Of a stretch of DNA of 64,000 bases, positions 49,640-58,035 are shown one piece after another (the stretch's first letter is position 1; every line of letters begins with the position of its first letter). Position numbers and translations under genes: made by a program. Source of the stretch: an uncultured Candidatus Saccharibacteria bacterium (GTDB taxonomy: Bacteria; Patescibacteriota; Minisyncoccia; SW-4-49-11); contig CAZWIJ010000003.1 in the NCBI GenBank assembly GCA_964633865.1, positions 40,656 through 104,655 on the forward strand, written 5' to 3'. A model generated the notes under the pieces. It saw only the letters and a list, made by a program, of their open reading frames with translations. It was not told where the DNA came from and ran no database searches.

Positions 49640-49655
49640 AATTAAAGAAAGTTAT

Positions 49656-49982
49656 ATGGATAAACTGACTTGTTTGATTTCAAGCCTGGTTTCTTTTTTG
49701 ATCAGTTTTACTTTTACTTATGAAGTAAAAGCTGATAATGTCTGTATAATCGAAGAAAACAGTCCCGTACAAGTTGGAGAACCTTGGTATATTTGGGTAG
49801 ATCATGTTCCTAATCCTTATTGGGAACCACAAGTTTTACCTCAACCAAACATATTATGGATTGAGGATGAAAAAAATCTCCAAGCTATTTGCTTAGAACA
49901 AGAACAGAGTAATATTCCTAATGATACTTCAGAGAAAAATATTTTTTCTGAAACAAGCCAAAAGAATATTACTGAAAAATAA
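49656..49982 (+). CDS. small secreted orphan protein
   Basis: Signal peptide ending EVKA; two Cys in the mature part. Confidence 0.7.
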   Translation: MDKLTCLISSLVSFLISFTFTYEVKADNVCIIEENSPVQVGEPWYIWVDHVPNPYWEPQVLPQPNILWIEDEKNLQAICLEQEQSNIPNDTSEKNIFSETSQKNITEK

Positions 49983-50003
49983 ATCTTGATATAACTTAAA
50001 TAT

Positions 50004-50043
50004 AAATACCTACTATTATAATAGTGGGTATTTTTGTTTTTTT
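50004..50043 (+). terminator. intrinsic (likely bidirectional) terminator
   Basis: AAATACCTACTAT...ATAGTGGGTATTT plus T-tract. Confidence 0.8.
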
Positions 50044-50045
50044 AA

Positions 50046-51473
50046 TTAGAATTTAGACATATAATTTTCTAAATCAGAGATCTGAACTCTTTTTTGTTCC
50101 ATTGTATCTCTATGTCTAATTGTAATGGTATTATCTTCTTTTGACTGATAGTCTATTGTAATACACCAAGGAGTCCCAATTTCATCTTGTCTTCTGTATC
50201 TTTTACCAATTGAACCTGCCTCGTCATAAGTAACCATAAGTCCTTTTTGCCTAAGATCAATGTAAATTTCTTCTGCTTTTTCCCTCAAACCATCTTTTTT
50301 CATCAAAGGAAGTATAGCTAACTTGTAAGGGGCTAATTTATATGGCAATCTAAATACTATTCTTGACTCTTTCTCACTGATTTCTTCTTCATGATAAAAC
50401 TCAAACAATAGCATCAAAAACATTCTATTTACCCCTGCTGACATTTCTATTATATATGGATTATATCTTTTATTGTTTTCTGGATCAAAGTAAGATAAAT
50501 CTTTTTTACTAAATTTAGAATGCTGATCAGTATCATAGCTAGTTCTATTATGGACTCCTTCCATTTCTTTGAATCCTAAATCCCCAAATTTATATTCTAT
50601 GTCCCAAGCATCAAGGGCATAGAAGACTAATTCATCCTGATTATGCTGTCTATATTTTAGATTTGTATCAGAAATTCCTAAAAATTTTGTGTAAAATTCC
50701 CATCTATTATTTTTCCAATATTGATACCATTCATCTACAGATTTTTCATTTTCTAATTTAAATTCATCTGGCTTTATAAAGTATTGCATATCAATCTGCT
50801 CGAATTCTCTTGTTCTAAATAAAAATTGTTTTACTGTAATCTCATTCCTAAAAGCTTTACCTAACTGAGCTATCCCAAAAGGTAATTTTCTTCTAGTTGT
50901 TTCTTGTACCAATTTCCAATCTAAATAAATATTTTGACAAGACTCACCCTTTAGATAAGCTACTGTACTATCATTTTCTACTGGACCTAAATGAGTTTTT
51001 ACCAAAAGATTAAATTTTTTAGCATTAGATAAAGAGTTACCATCTGGTGATTTGATAACATAGAATTCAATAATCTTATCTATTTCTTCTGCTGTTAAGG
51101 CCCCTGCATTCTCTATAATCTCATCTTTGTCTAAAAACTTAACCTTTGAATCTTCTATCAAATGATCCGCTCTATATCTTTTATGAGTCACCAAATCTTC
51201 TACAAGTAAATCTGAGAATCCCCCTATATGACCACTTGCTTCCCAAACTTTCGGATGAAGAAAAATAGACCCCTCAATTTCTTCTGTATCAGTTCTTGAT
51301 ATGATATTCCATTCTCTCCAAGAATCAATCAAATTTCTTTTTAAGATTGAACCAAGAGGTCCAAAGTCATAACTTGCTGAGAAACCTCCATAAATTTCTG
51401 AGGATGGATAAACCAATCCATTTTTTGAAGCAAATTTTACTATGGTTTCTAAAGATAATTTTTGTTGAGCCAT
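50046..51473 (-). CDS. glyQS: glycine--tRNA ligase (homodimeric type)
   Basis: SSEIYGG, WEASGH, FRNEIT, FRTREFEQ, SIGKRYRRQDEIGTP. Confidence 0.95.
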   Translation of the reverse strand: MAQQKLSLETIVKFASKNGLVYPSSEIYGGFSASYDFGPLGSILKRNLIDSWREWNIISRTDTEEIEGSIFLHPKVWEASGHIGGFSDLLVEDLVTHKRYRADHLIEDSKVKFLDKDEIIENAGALTAEEIDKIIEFYVIKSPDGNSLSNAKKFNLLVKTHLGPVENDSTVAYLKGESCQNIYLDWKLVQETTRRKLPFGIAQLGKAFRNEITVKQFLFRTREFEQIDMQYFIKPDEFKLENEKSVDEWYQYWKNNRWEFYTKFLGISDTNLKYRQHNQDELVFYALDAWDIEYKFGDLGFKEMEGVHNRTSYDTDQHSKFSKKDLSYFDPENNKRYNPYIIEMSAGVNRMFLMLLFEFYHEEEISEKESRIVFRLPYKLAPYKLAILPLMKKDGLREKAEEIYIDLRQKGLMVTYDEAGSIGKRYRRQDEIGTPWCITIDYQSKEDNTITIRHRDTMEQKRVQISDLENYMSKF

Positions 51474-51537
51474 GAAAATAAATTATAATTTTTATTATAC
51501 AATTATATCATAAAGTTAACTTTATTTAAAGTATAAA

Positions 51538-52101
51538 CTAGCTTAACCATTTATTAATAATATTCTTTGTGTCATCTACAGCTTTCTCTAAATCATCATT
51601 TAGAACGATATGATCAAAATTTTTTCTCATCTTTATTTCATATTCTGCTCTTCTCATTCTTTCTTCTAATGAATTCTGATCTTCAGATCCTCTATTTTTT
51701 AATCTTTGATATAAAATTTCTAAACTAGGTGGATTTATAAATATACTTAAAGCATTATCTTTAAATTTTTTTTTCAAATTAATTGACCCATCTACATCTA
51801 TTTCAAAGATTATTATTTTTCCCAAATCCCATAATCTCTCTAACTCAGATTTCAAAGTTCCATAGTAAGTTCCTGAATATACTTCCTCATATTCCAACAA
51901 CTCATTATTTTGGATTTTTTCTTGAAAGTCTTCTGTATTTATATAATAATAATTAATACCTTCTTGTTCCCCTTTCCTAATCTTTCTAGTTGTTGCTGAG
52001 ACAGAGGTTACTAATTGATTATTCCAATCTAATAATCTGGAGATTATAGTTCCTTTACCTCCTCCAGATGGTGATGATATTATTATAACTTTATTATTCA
52101 T
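51538..52101 (-). CDS. gmk: guanylate kinase
   Basis: SPSGGGKGT, SATTR, YYGT, PPS. Confidence 0.95.
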   Translation of the reverse strand: MNNKVIIISSPSGGGKGTIISRLLDWNNQLVTSVSATTRKIRKGEQEGINYYYINTEDFQEKIQNNELLEYEEVYSGTYYGTLKSELERLWDLGKIIIFEIDVDGSINLKKKFKDNALSIFINPPSLEILYQRLKNRGSEDQNSLEERMRRAEYEIKMRKNFDHIVLNDDLEKAVDDTKNIINKWLS

Positions 52102-52104
52102 AAA

Positions 52105-52875
52105 CTAAAAATTAAACACTTTAGATGCATTATTATCTAATATTTTCTCTATCTCTTCATTAGATATTCCTTTCAAATCAGATATTTTCTGTACTATATA
52201 CTTTACTTTTAAAGGAGTATTTTTTTCTCCTCTGAATGGTACTGGTGATAAATATGGAGAATCTGTCTCAGATAATATTTGATCTAGTGGAACTCCCTTG
52301 ACAGTATTTTGGATATCTTCTACATTATTTTTAAAAGTAATTATTCCAGAAAAAGAAAAGTAATTTTTATGCAAAAGTGAATTCAATTTATAAAACCAAT
52401 CTAAATTCCCAGAAAAACAATGATAAACTACCTTAAGATTTTCATATTCTTTCAAAATATCATAAGTTTCTTGAAAAGACTCTCTTGTATGAATAATTAA
52501 GGGTTTATCATATTTCTGAGCTATATCAATTTGAATTCTAAATAAATCCTCTTGCTTTTTATATAAATCTTTTTTTTCATTATAATAAAAATCGAATCCA
52601 CATTCACCAATTGCAACATTATTTGAATCCAAAACTAATTCTTCTAAATTTATATATACATCTGCTAAATCTACTTTATCTGCTTCATGAGGATGAACAC
52701 CTGATGAAAATCTAAAATTAGAATACTTTTTTACTATATCCCTAGCTAATATTGAGTCTTTTATATTAGTCCCAACTACAACTGACTTAATATTGTTTTT
52801 TATTAAATCTTTAATAATAATTTCTCTATCAAAATTAAATTCATTAGAGTTTATATGAGAATGAGTATCAAACAT
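52105..52875 (-). CDS. tatD: TatD family nuclease (start reassigned to MFDTHSH)
   Basis: DTHSH, GVHPH, IGECGFD, HTR, HCFSG, ETDSPYL. Confidence 0.93.
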   Translation of the reverse strand: MFDTHSHINSNEFNFDREIIIKDLIKNNIKSVVVGTNIKDSILARDIVKKYSNFRFSSGVHPHEADKVDLADVYINLEELVLDSNNVAIGECGFDFYYNEKKDLYKKQEDLFRIQIDIAQKYDKPLIIHTRESFQETYDILKEYENLKVVYHCFSGNLDWFYKLNSLLHKNYFSFSGIITFKNNVEDIQNTVKGVPLDQILSETDSPYLSPVPFRGEKNTPLKVKYIVQKISDLKGISNEEIEKILDNNASKVFNF

Positions 52876-52876
52876 T

Positions 52877-55672
52877 TTATGGAGCAATAACTTTATTACT
52901 TGTAGAGACATTTGACCATTCATCAGTAGCTTTTACATAAAAAGTATAGGTTGTCTTTGTAGGATCAAGAGAAGGAATATAAGTCGAGGTATAAGTTGAT
53001 TTATCTGAACTAGGTAATGTAAGTGTTGTAATTTTACCTATTGTATCTTCATAAAAATCAACTGTTTTCACTGAACTTTTTGCATCTGTAATATTAGCCA
53101 CAAGATTAAAACCAGTAATAGAATTTCCAGTAACTTTAAATGATCCTATTACAGGAGCAACTACATCTATATCAGCAGTAAATACTTGAGTTAATTCATT
53201 CTTATAATAGTTATTATCCCAAGCCTTAACTAATATTAAATTTTCTCCTTCTTTAGTTAAAGGAATTTTTTTAGAAAAGTCTCCATTTTGAAAGCTACCA
53301 ACTAGTACATCATTAAGATAAATTTCAACTTGTCTAATTCCATTAGGAGCAGTTGCTGTTCCTGATATTGTAGTTTCTGGCAATTTAACTACAGTGCTTG
53401 GAGAAGAAATTACTATTGTTGGTCTATTTTGTTCAACATAAACATCGTCTGTCTCAGTAGGAGGTTCGGAACTATATTCAGCATTATTACGAGCCCATTC
53501 CTTTACAGGAGCTTCCCATTGATTGAACATCTTGTCTTTAAAAGGATTTTTAGGCCAAGATGGATTCAAAGGATCTTCTGGATCTACATAATATAATATA
53601 TTGTGTACAGATTTATATTCTTTCTCATCTATCAATTCTGGCGGAGTATTATCTGAAGCTAATTTACCTGTTACTCTATTAACTTTAGCTGTTTTGGATC
53701 CACCAACTATTCCATTTAACATCGGCTTATTTACACTAACTTCATCTGGCTCAACAAACTTACCTGGTTTTCTGACCTTTACTACTTCTCTCATAAATCT
53801 ATTCCATATAGGAGCTGCAACAACAGATCCATCAGCTCCATTTTTCATAGGAGAATTATCATTTTTACCAACCCAAACTCCTACAACTAAATTATTAGTA
53901 TATCCTACTGTAAGTGCATCTCTGAATTCTTGACTTGTTCCAGTTTTAGCTCCAGTATCAACTCCAGGTACAGATAAATCATTTGTAAAACCAAATACAG
54001 GAGATCTAGCTTCATTATCTGACATAACATCTACAACTTGTCTAGCAGTTTGTTCGGAAAATACTTGTTTTTCTCTACTCTTCCATGAGTATAAAACGTC
54101 ATTTTTACTATTAATAACTTCTTTTACAGATGCTATTGGATTAATTTTTCCATCATTAGGAAAAACACTATATGCACCAAAATGTTCTATCAATTTCAAA
54201 TCTGAACCTCCTAAAGCAGTAGCTAGACCCATTTCTTTAGATTCTGGATAATCAGTAATTCCTAAATCAAATGATTTTCTTTGAAAATTTTTAATCCCTG
54301 CCAAATATAAAGTTTTTACAGCTGGAACATTCAAAGATGTTGCAAGAGATCTTCTCATACTTACTGGGCCATTAAACTGTAAATTAAAGTTATTTGGTTC
54401 ATACTTAGGTTTACCATCAACAGTTTCAAAATTAGTTGGCAAATCAAATAATATAGTGTTTGGATTAAATCCTTTATCAAAAGCTGTTGCATATACAAGA
54501 GGCTTGATTGAAGATCCTGGGGATTGTGGAGTTACTAAAACATTTACATTTCCATCAACAGATTCATCATAATAATCTCTAGAACCTACCATAGCTAAAA
54601 TTTGACCATTATCTGGGTCTATAACTCCCATAGCAGCATTCTGTGCATCATATTTTGATTTCAAACCATCTAAAGTTTCTTTAACAGTTTTTTCAGATAA
54701 CTGTTGCATATTCCAATCTAATGTTGTAATTATTTTTAAACCTCCTTGCTCTAAAGTTTCTTCTCCAAATTGCTCAGCCAACTTTTCTCTTACATAAAAT
54801 ACAAAGTGAGGAGCTTTTATATTAACTATACTAGAAGCTACTTTTAACTCTTTAGACTTTTGTTCTTGATATTCATCTTCAGATAAATATCCCTCATCTC
54901 TCATAACTCTCAGAACATATTGCTGCCTTTCATATAACTTATCAAAATTTGAACCAAAAGGAGAGTAATAAGTAGGTCTTTGTATCATTGCAGCTAACAT
55001 AGCTGCTTGATAAGCTTCTAAATCTTTAGTTTGTTTACCAAAAAAATATTGTGATGCTGATTCTATACCATAAACTTGTCCTCCAAATGGAATTTCATTT
55101 AAATAAAAAGTTATTATTTCTTCTTTAGAATAATTCTGCTCCACTTGCAGAGCCAAAACAGCTTCTTTTATTTTTCTAGAAAAAGTTTTTTCATTTGTTA
55201 AAATAGCATTCTTAACAAACTGCTGAGTAATAGTTGAACCTCCACCTCCTACACCTTTTCCAGTAAAATTCTGATAAGCTGCTCTAATAATTGCCATTGG
55301 CCTAACACCTAGATGAGTATAAAATTCCCTATCTTCAATAGAAATAAAAGCTTTTTTTACAGTATCAGGAATTTCATCTGATTTAATTATTTTTCTATTT
55401 TCATTACCAGCAATTTCATACAATAAAACTTCTCCACTACTATCATAAATTTGACTGGATTCTATTAGTTTTCTATCACTTAAATTAACAATACTTGGAA
55501 GATCTCTTCCTACATAATAATAAACTCCTCCTCCTACAAATATACCTCCTAATATAATTATACCAAAAGATATCCCTGATATTTTTAATATTTTCTTCTT
55601 CCAATCTTTCTTAGCTTTTACCTTAGAAAAAGGATCAACATTATCTGATTTTTTAAATTTAAATAATTTCAT
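52877..55672 (-). CDS. class A penicillin-binding protein with C-terminal Ig-like domains
   Basis: EDREFY and GGSTITQQ transglycosylase motifs; SSIK, SLN and KTG transpeptidase motifs. Confidence 0.93.
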   Translation of the reverse strand: MKLFKFKKSDNVDPFSKVKAKKDWKKKILKISGISFGIIILGGIFVGGGVYYYVGRDLPSIVNLSDRKLIESSQIYDSSGEVLLYEIAGNENRKIIKSDEIPDTVKKAFISIEDREFYTHLGVRPMAIIRAAYQNFTGKGVGGGGSTITQQFVKNAILTNEKTFSRKIKEAVLALQVEQNYSKEEIITFYLNEIPFGGQVYGIESASQYFFGKQTKDLEAYQAAMLAAMIQRPTYYSPFGSNFDKLYERQQYVLRVMRDEGYLSEDEYQEQKSKELKVASSIVNIKAPHFVFYVREKLAEQFGEETLEQGGLKIITTLDWNMQQLSEKTVKETLDGLKSKYDAQNAAMGVIDPDNGQILAMVGSRDYYDESVDGNVNVLVTPQSPGSSIKPLVYATAFDKGFNPNTILFDLPTNFETVDGKPKYEPNNFNLQFNGPVSMRRSLATSLNVPAVKTLYLAGIKNFQRKSFDLGITDYPESKEMGLATALGGSDLKLIEHFGAYSVFPNDGKINPIASVKEVINSKNDVLYSWKSREKQVFSEQTARQVVDVMSDNEARSPVFGFTNDLSVPGVDTGAKTGTSQEFRDALTVGYTNNLVVGVWVGKNDNSPMKNGADGSVVAAPIWNRFMREVVKVRKPGKFVEPDEVSVNKPMLNGIVGGSKTAKVNRVTGKLASDNTPPELIDEKEYKSVHNILYYVDPEDPLNPSWPKNPFKDKMFNQWEAPVKEWARNNAEYSSEPPTETDDVYVEQNRPTIVISSPSTVVKLPETTISGTATAPNGIRQVEIYLNDVLVGSFQNGDFSKKIPLTKEGENLILVKAWDNNYYKNELTQVFTADIDVVAPVIGSFKVTGNSITGFNLVANITDAKSSVKTVDFYEDTIGKITTLTLPSSDKSTYTSTYIPSLDPTKTTYTFYVKATDEWSNVSTSNKVIAP

Positions 55673-55695
55673 AAATAATTATAAATTTATAATTT

Positions 55696-56034
55696 TTAAA
55701 CTATATTTTCTGCCTCTGGTAAAATTTATAGTCTTTCTTCTGGAATTGGTATTCCACTATTAATATCTATTCCATAGGTACCATCCTTTATTCTTTCAAG
55801 TGCTCTTTCTATTTGTTTTAAAGAATTTTCTAGAGAATCTTCTACATATAAATCTCTTTCAAAATTAATTCTTTCTTGTAAATTATCGTCACTGTCATCA
55901 CTTATATCACTATATTTAGGTTCAAATTCACCTGTTACCTGATTTTTTAAAGCAACTGTATTTAGTTCATCTAAAATGTGTTGTTTTTTAATCTCTAATT
56001 TTTCTTTAAAATAATTTAACTTATCTGTATCCAT
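55696..56034 (-). CDS. DksA/TraR-family protein, Cys-less, interrupted by TAA at 55728-55726
   Basis: IERALERIKDGTYG...IPEERL*ILPEA. Confidence 0.75.
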
Positions 56035-56060
56035 ATTATTTAAATTATAGGATATATATA

Positions 56061-56837
56061 TTATATCACTGTTTTATTGGCGGTAAATACTATAATAATA
56101 ATGATTATTACAAATATAACCGTCCTTGTTAATAACTCCATTAAAGATATTTTTTTTAAATAAATATCCTTACAACTTATTATACTAAAAATTACAAAAA
56201 TATTCAACAAAATTGATAAAGTTAAATGAGAATAAGGCATTAATCTCAACACTACAAATAATTGCATTGTTATAAACGAAATAAAAAGAGATAAAATAAA
56301 ATTCTTTTTCATGTTATACATATGAAAAAAGAACATAAATATATTAGTATTATATATAAAACAAATTATAGCAAGATGAAAAGAATTCAAATTATTAACA
56401 AAAATAGAACCAAACAAATATGAATAAAATATAAAGTTAGATAATACAATATTAGATAATATAATTTCTTTACTAAACTCAAACTTAACAAATTCTTTAA
56501 ATGATATAACTTCTTGAATTATAAACATACTAATAGTTAAAAAAAGAATAACTAACCATGATGGAATTGTATTCCCAGCTGTTACCTTCAGAAACAAAAC
56601 TGACCCTAAAAAGAAACTTACTGGTATCTGATACAAACTAAATGTTTTTTGAAATGTGTATATGAAATAACCAAAAAACAGAATTACCCAAATTAAATTT
56701 GAAAAACTTAATAAAATAAAACTATTTTGTTTTATTAAATACAAATAGTATGGAAATATTATTATAAAAAAAATAATATTCCAAAAACTTTTTTCTTTTA
56801 GTATTGAAATAACAATTTGATTGTATTTATTTGACAC
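56061..56837 (-). CDS. polytopic membrane protein of unknown function
   Basis: About 9 hydrophobic segments, GTG start. Confidence 0.7.
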   Translation of the reverse strand: MSNKYNQIVISILKEKSFWNIIFFIIIFPYYLYLIKQNSFILLSFSNLIWVILFFGYFIYTFQKTFSLYQIPVSFFLGSVLFLKVTAGNTIPSWLVILFLTISMFIIQEVISFKEFVKFEFSKEIILSNIVLSNFIFYSYLFGSIFVNNLNSFHLAIICFIYNTNIFMFFFHMYNMKKNFILSLFISFITMQLFVVLRLMPYSHLTLSILLNIFVIFSIISCKDIYLKKISLMELLTRTVIFVIIIIIIVFTANKTVI

Positions 56838-56897
56838 TGAACAATTATTTTAGATGAATATATACATATTATAAACTATAATTAAGCTAAATAAAAG

Positions 56898-57779
56898 CTA
56901 TTTTTTCTTATTTTTAATTTTATATTTGTTTTTAGTATTTTTACTAGATTTATTAGAAGTATTAGAATGTGTTTTATCAGATTTTTTATTAAATATTTCT
57001 ATCTCAGAATACTTTATTGCTGTTAAATTTGAAACTAAATTTTCTTCATAATTTTGTGATGTATCCCTTTTATAATAACCTATTCTAATTCTATAAAAAA
57101 TAGCCATTACATCAACTAATACATTTATAACTGCTTTTGGATTAATACTTGATGATATATCATTATACATCATACGAACTGGAACCTCTGTAATTCTATA
57201 TCTATATTGTTTTGCTATTGCTAATAATTCAATATCAAAAGCAAATCTTTTTACTAACATTTTTTGCATTATAAATTGAATCTTATCAGTCTTAAATCCT
57301 TTAATACCAACTTGAGTATCACTCACTCCTAGATTAAATAAAGTCTTTGTTAATAATTGACCTGAAAGACTTAAAAACCTTCTTTGCCAAGGATATCTTA
57401 ATCTTGAAGCTCTATTTCTTTTTGACCCAATAACAATTGGGAACACTGTTACTTTTAGTGTATAAAAAATTAAAAGAATATTATCTATAGGAAAATCCAT
57501 TCCAGCATCAAAAAATACTGTATAATTTCCTTTTGCCTTAGTCACTCCAAATTTTAAAGCATAACCTTTACCTTGATTGGGATTATAAAAATAAATTTTA
57601 GTAAAATCATTGCCTAAGTTTTTTGCTACTTTCCAAGTATCCTCACAACCATCTACTATAACTATAATTTCTGTTTTATATATCCATTTTTCAAAATATT
57701 TTTGTAACTGTTCTATTGTATTCTGTATATTCTTTTGCTCTTTATAAGCTGGAACAATTATACTCAATTCTGGATTCAT
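56898..57779 (-). CDS. GT2 glycosyltransferase (polyprenol-phosphate glycosyltransferase-like)
   Basis: SIIVPAYKE, NQGKG, DTQVGIKGF, FAFDIELL. Confidence 0.9.
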   Translation of the reverse strand: MNPELSIIVPAYKEQKNIQNTIEQLQKYFEKWIYKTEIIVIVDGCEDTWKVAKNLGNDFTKIYFYNPNQGKGYALKFGVTKAKGNYTVFFDAGMDFPIDNILLIFYTLKVTVFPIVIGSKRNRASRLRYPWQRRFLSLSGQLLTKTLFNLGVSDTQVGIKGFKTDKIQFIMQKMLVKRFAFDIELLAIAKQYRYRITEVPVRMMYNDISSSINPKAVINVLVDVMAIFYRIRIGYYKRDTSQNYEENLVSNLTAIKYSEIEIFNKKSDKTHSNTSNKSSKNTKNKYKIKNKKK

Positions 57780-57939
57780 AACTAATTTAATTAATAATAA
57801 AATTAATGACTTTTACCTATTGTACTTTAAATTTACTATATTTGTCAAATTATTTCTTTATATTTATTAAAAACATATGTGTAACTCATATAAAACTATT
57901 TATTCACTAGCTTTTGCAACCTCAAATGTCTAATATATA

Positions 57940-57985
57940 TTGACATTATAAAAAAATATGTTAACATTAATTAGCACTTTATAAA
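57940..57985 (+). promoter_or_regulatory. sigma70 promoter plus boxA-like GCACTTTATAA
   Basis: TTGACA(57940)-16-TAACAT (TG-extended); motif at 57974, 6 nt after -10. Confidence 0.6.
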
Positions 57986-58035
57986 ATAAATTGAGTGAAT
58001 TTTTATGGACATGAATAAGTATTCCTCGATTACTC

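Noticed and set aside
57971-57999. TTAGCACTT...GAGTG as a CIRCE
   Set aside because: The spacer is 13 nt rather than 9 and the right arm lacks CTAA; it is better explained as the boxA-like motif.
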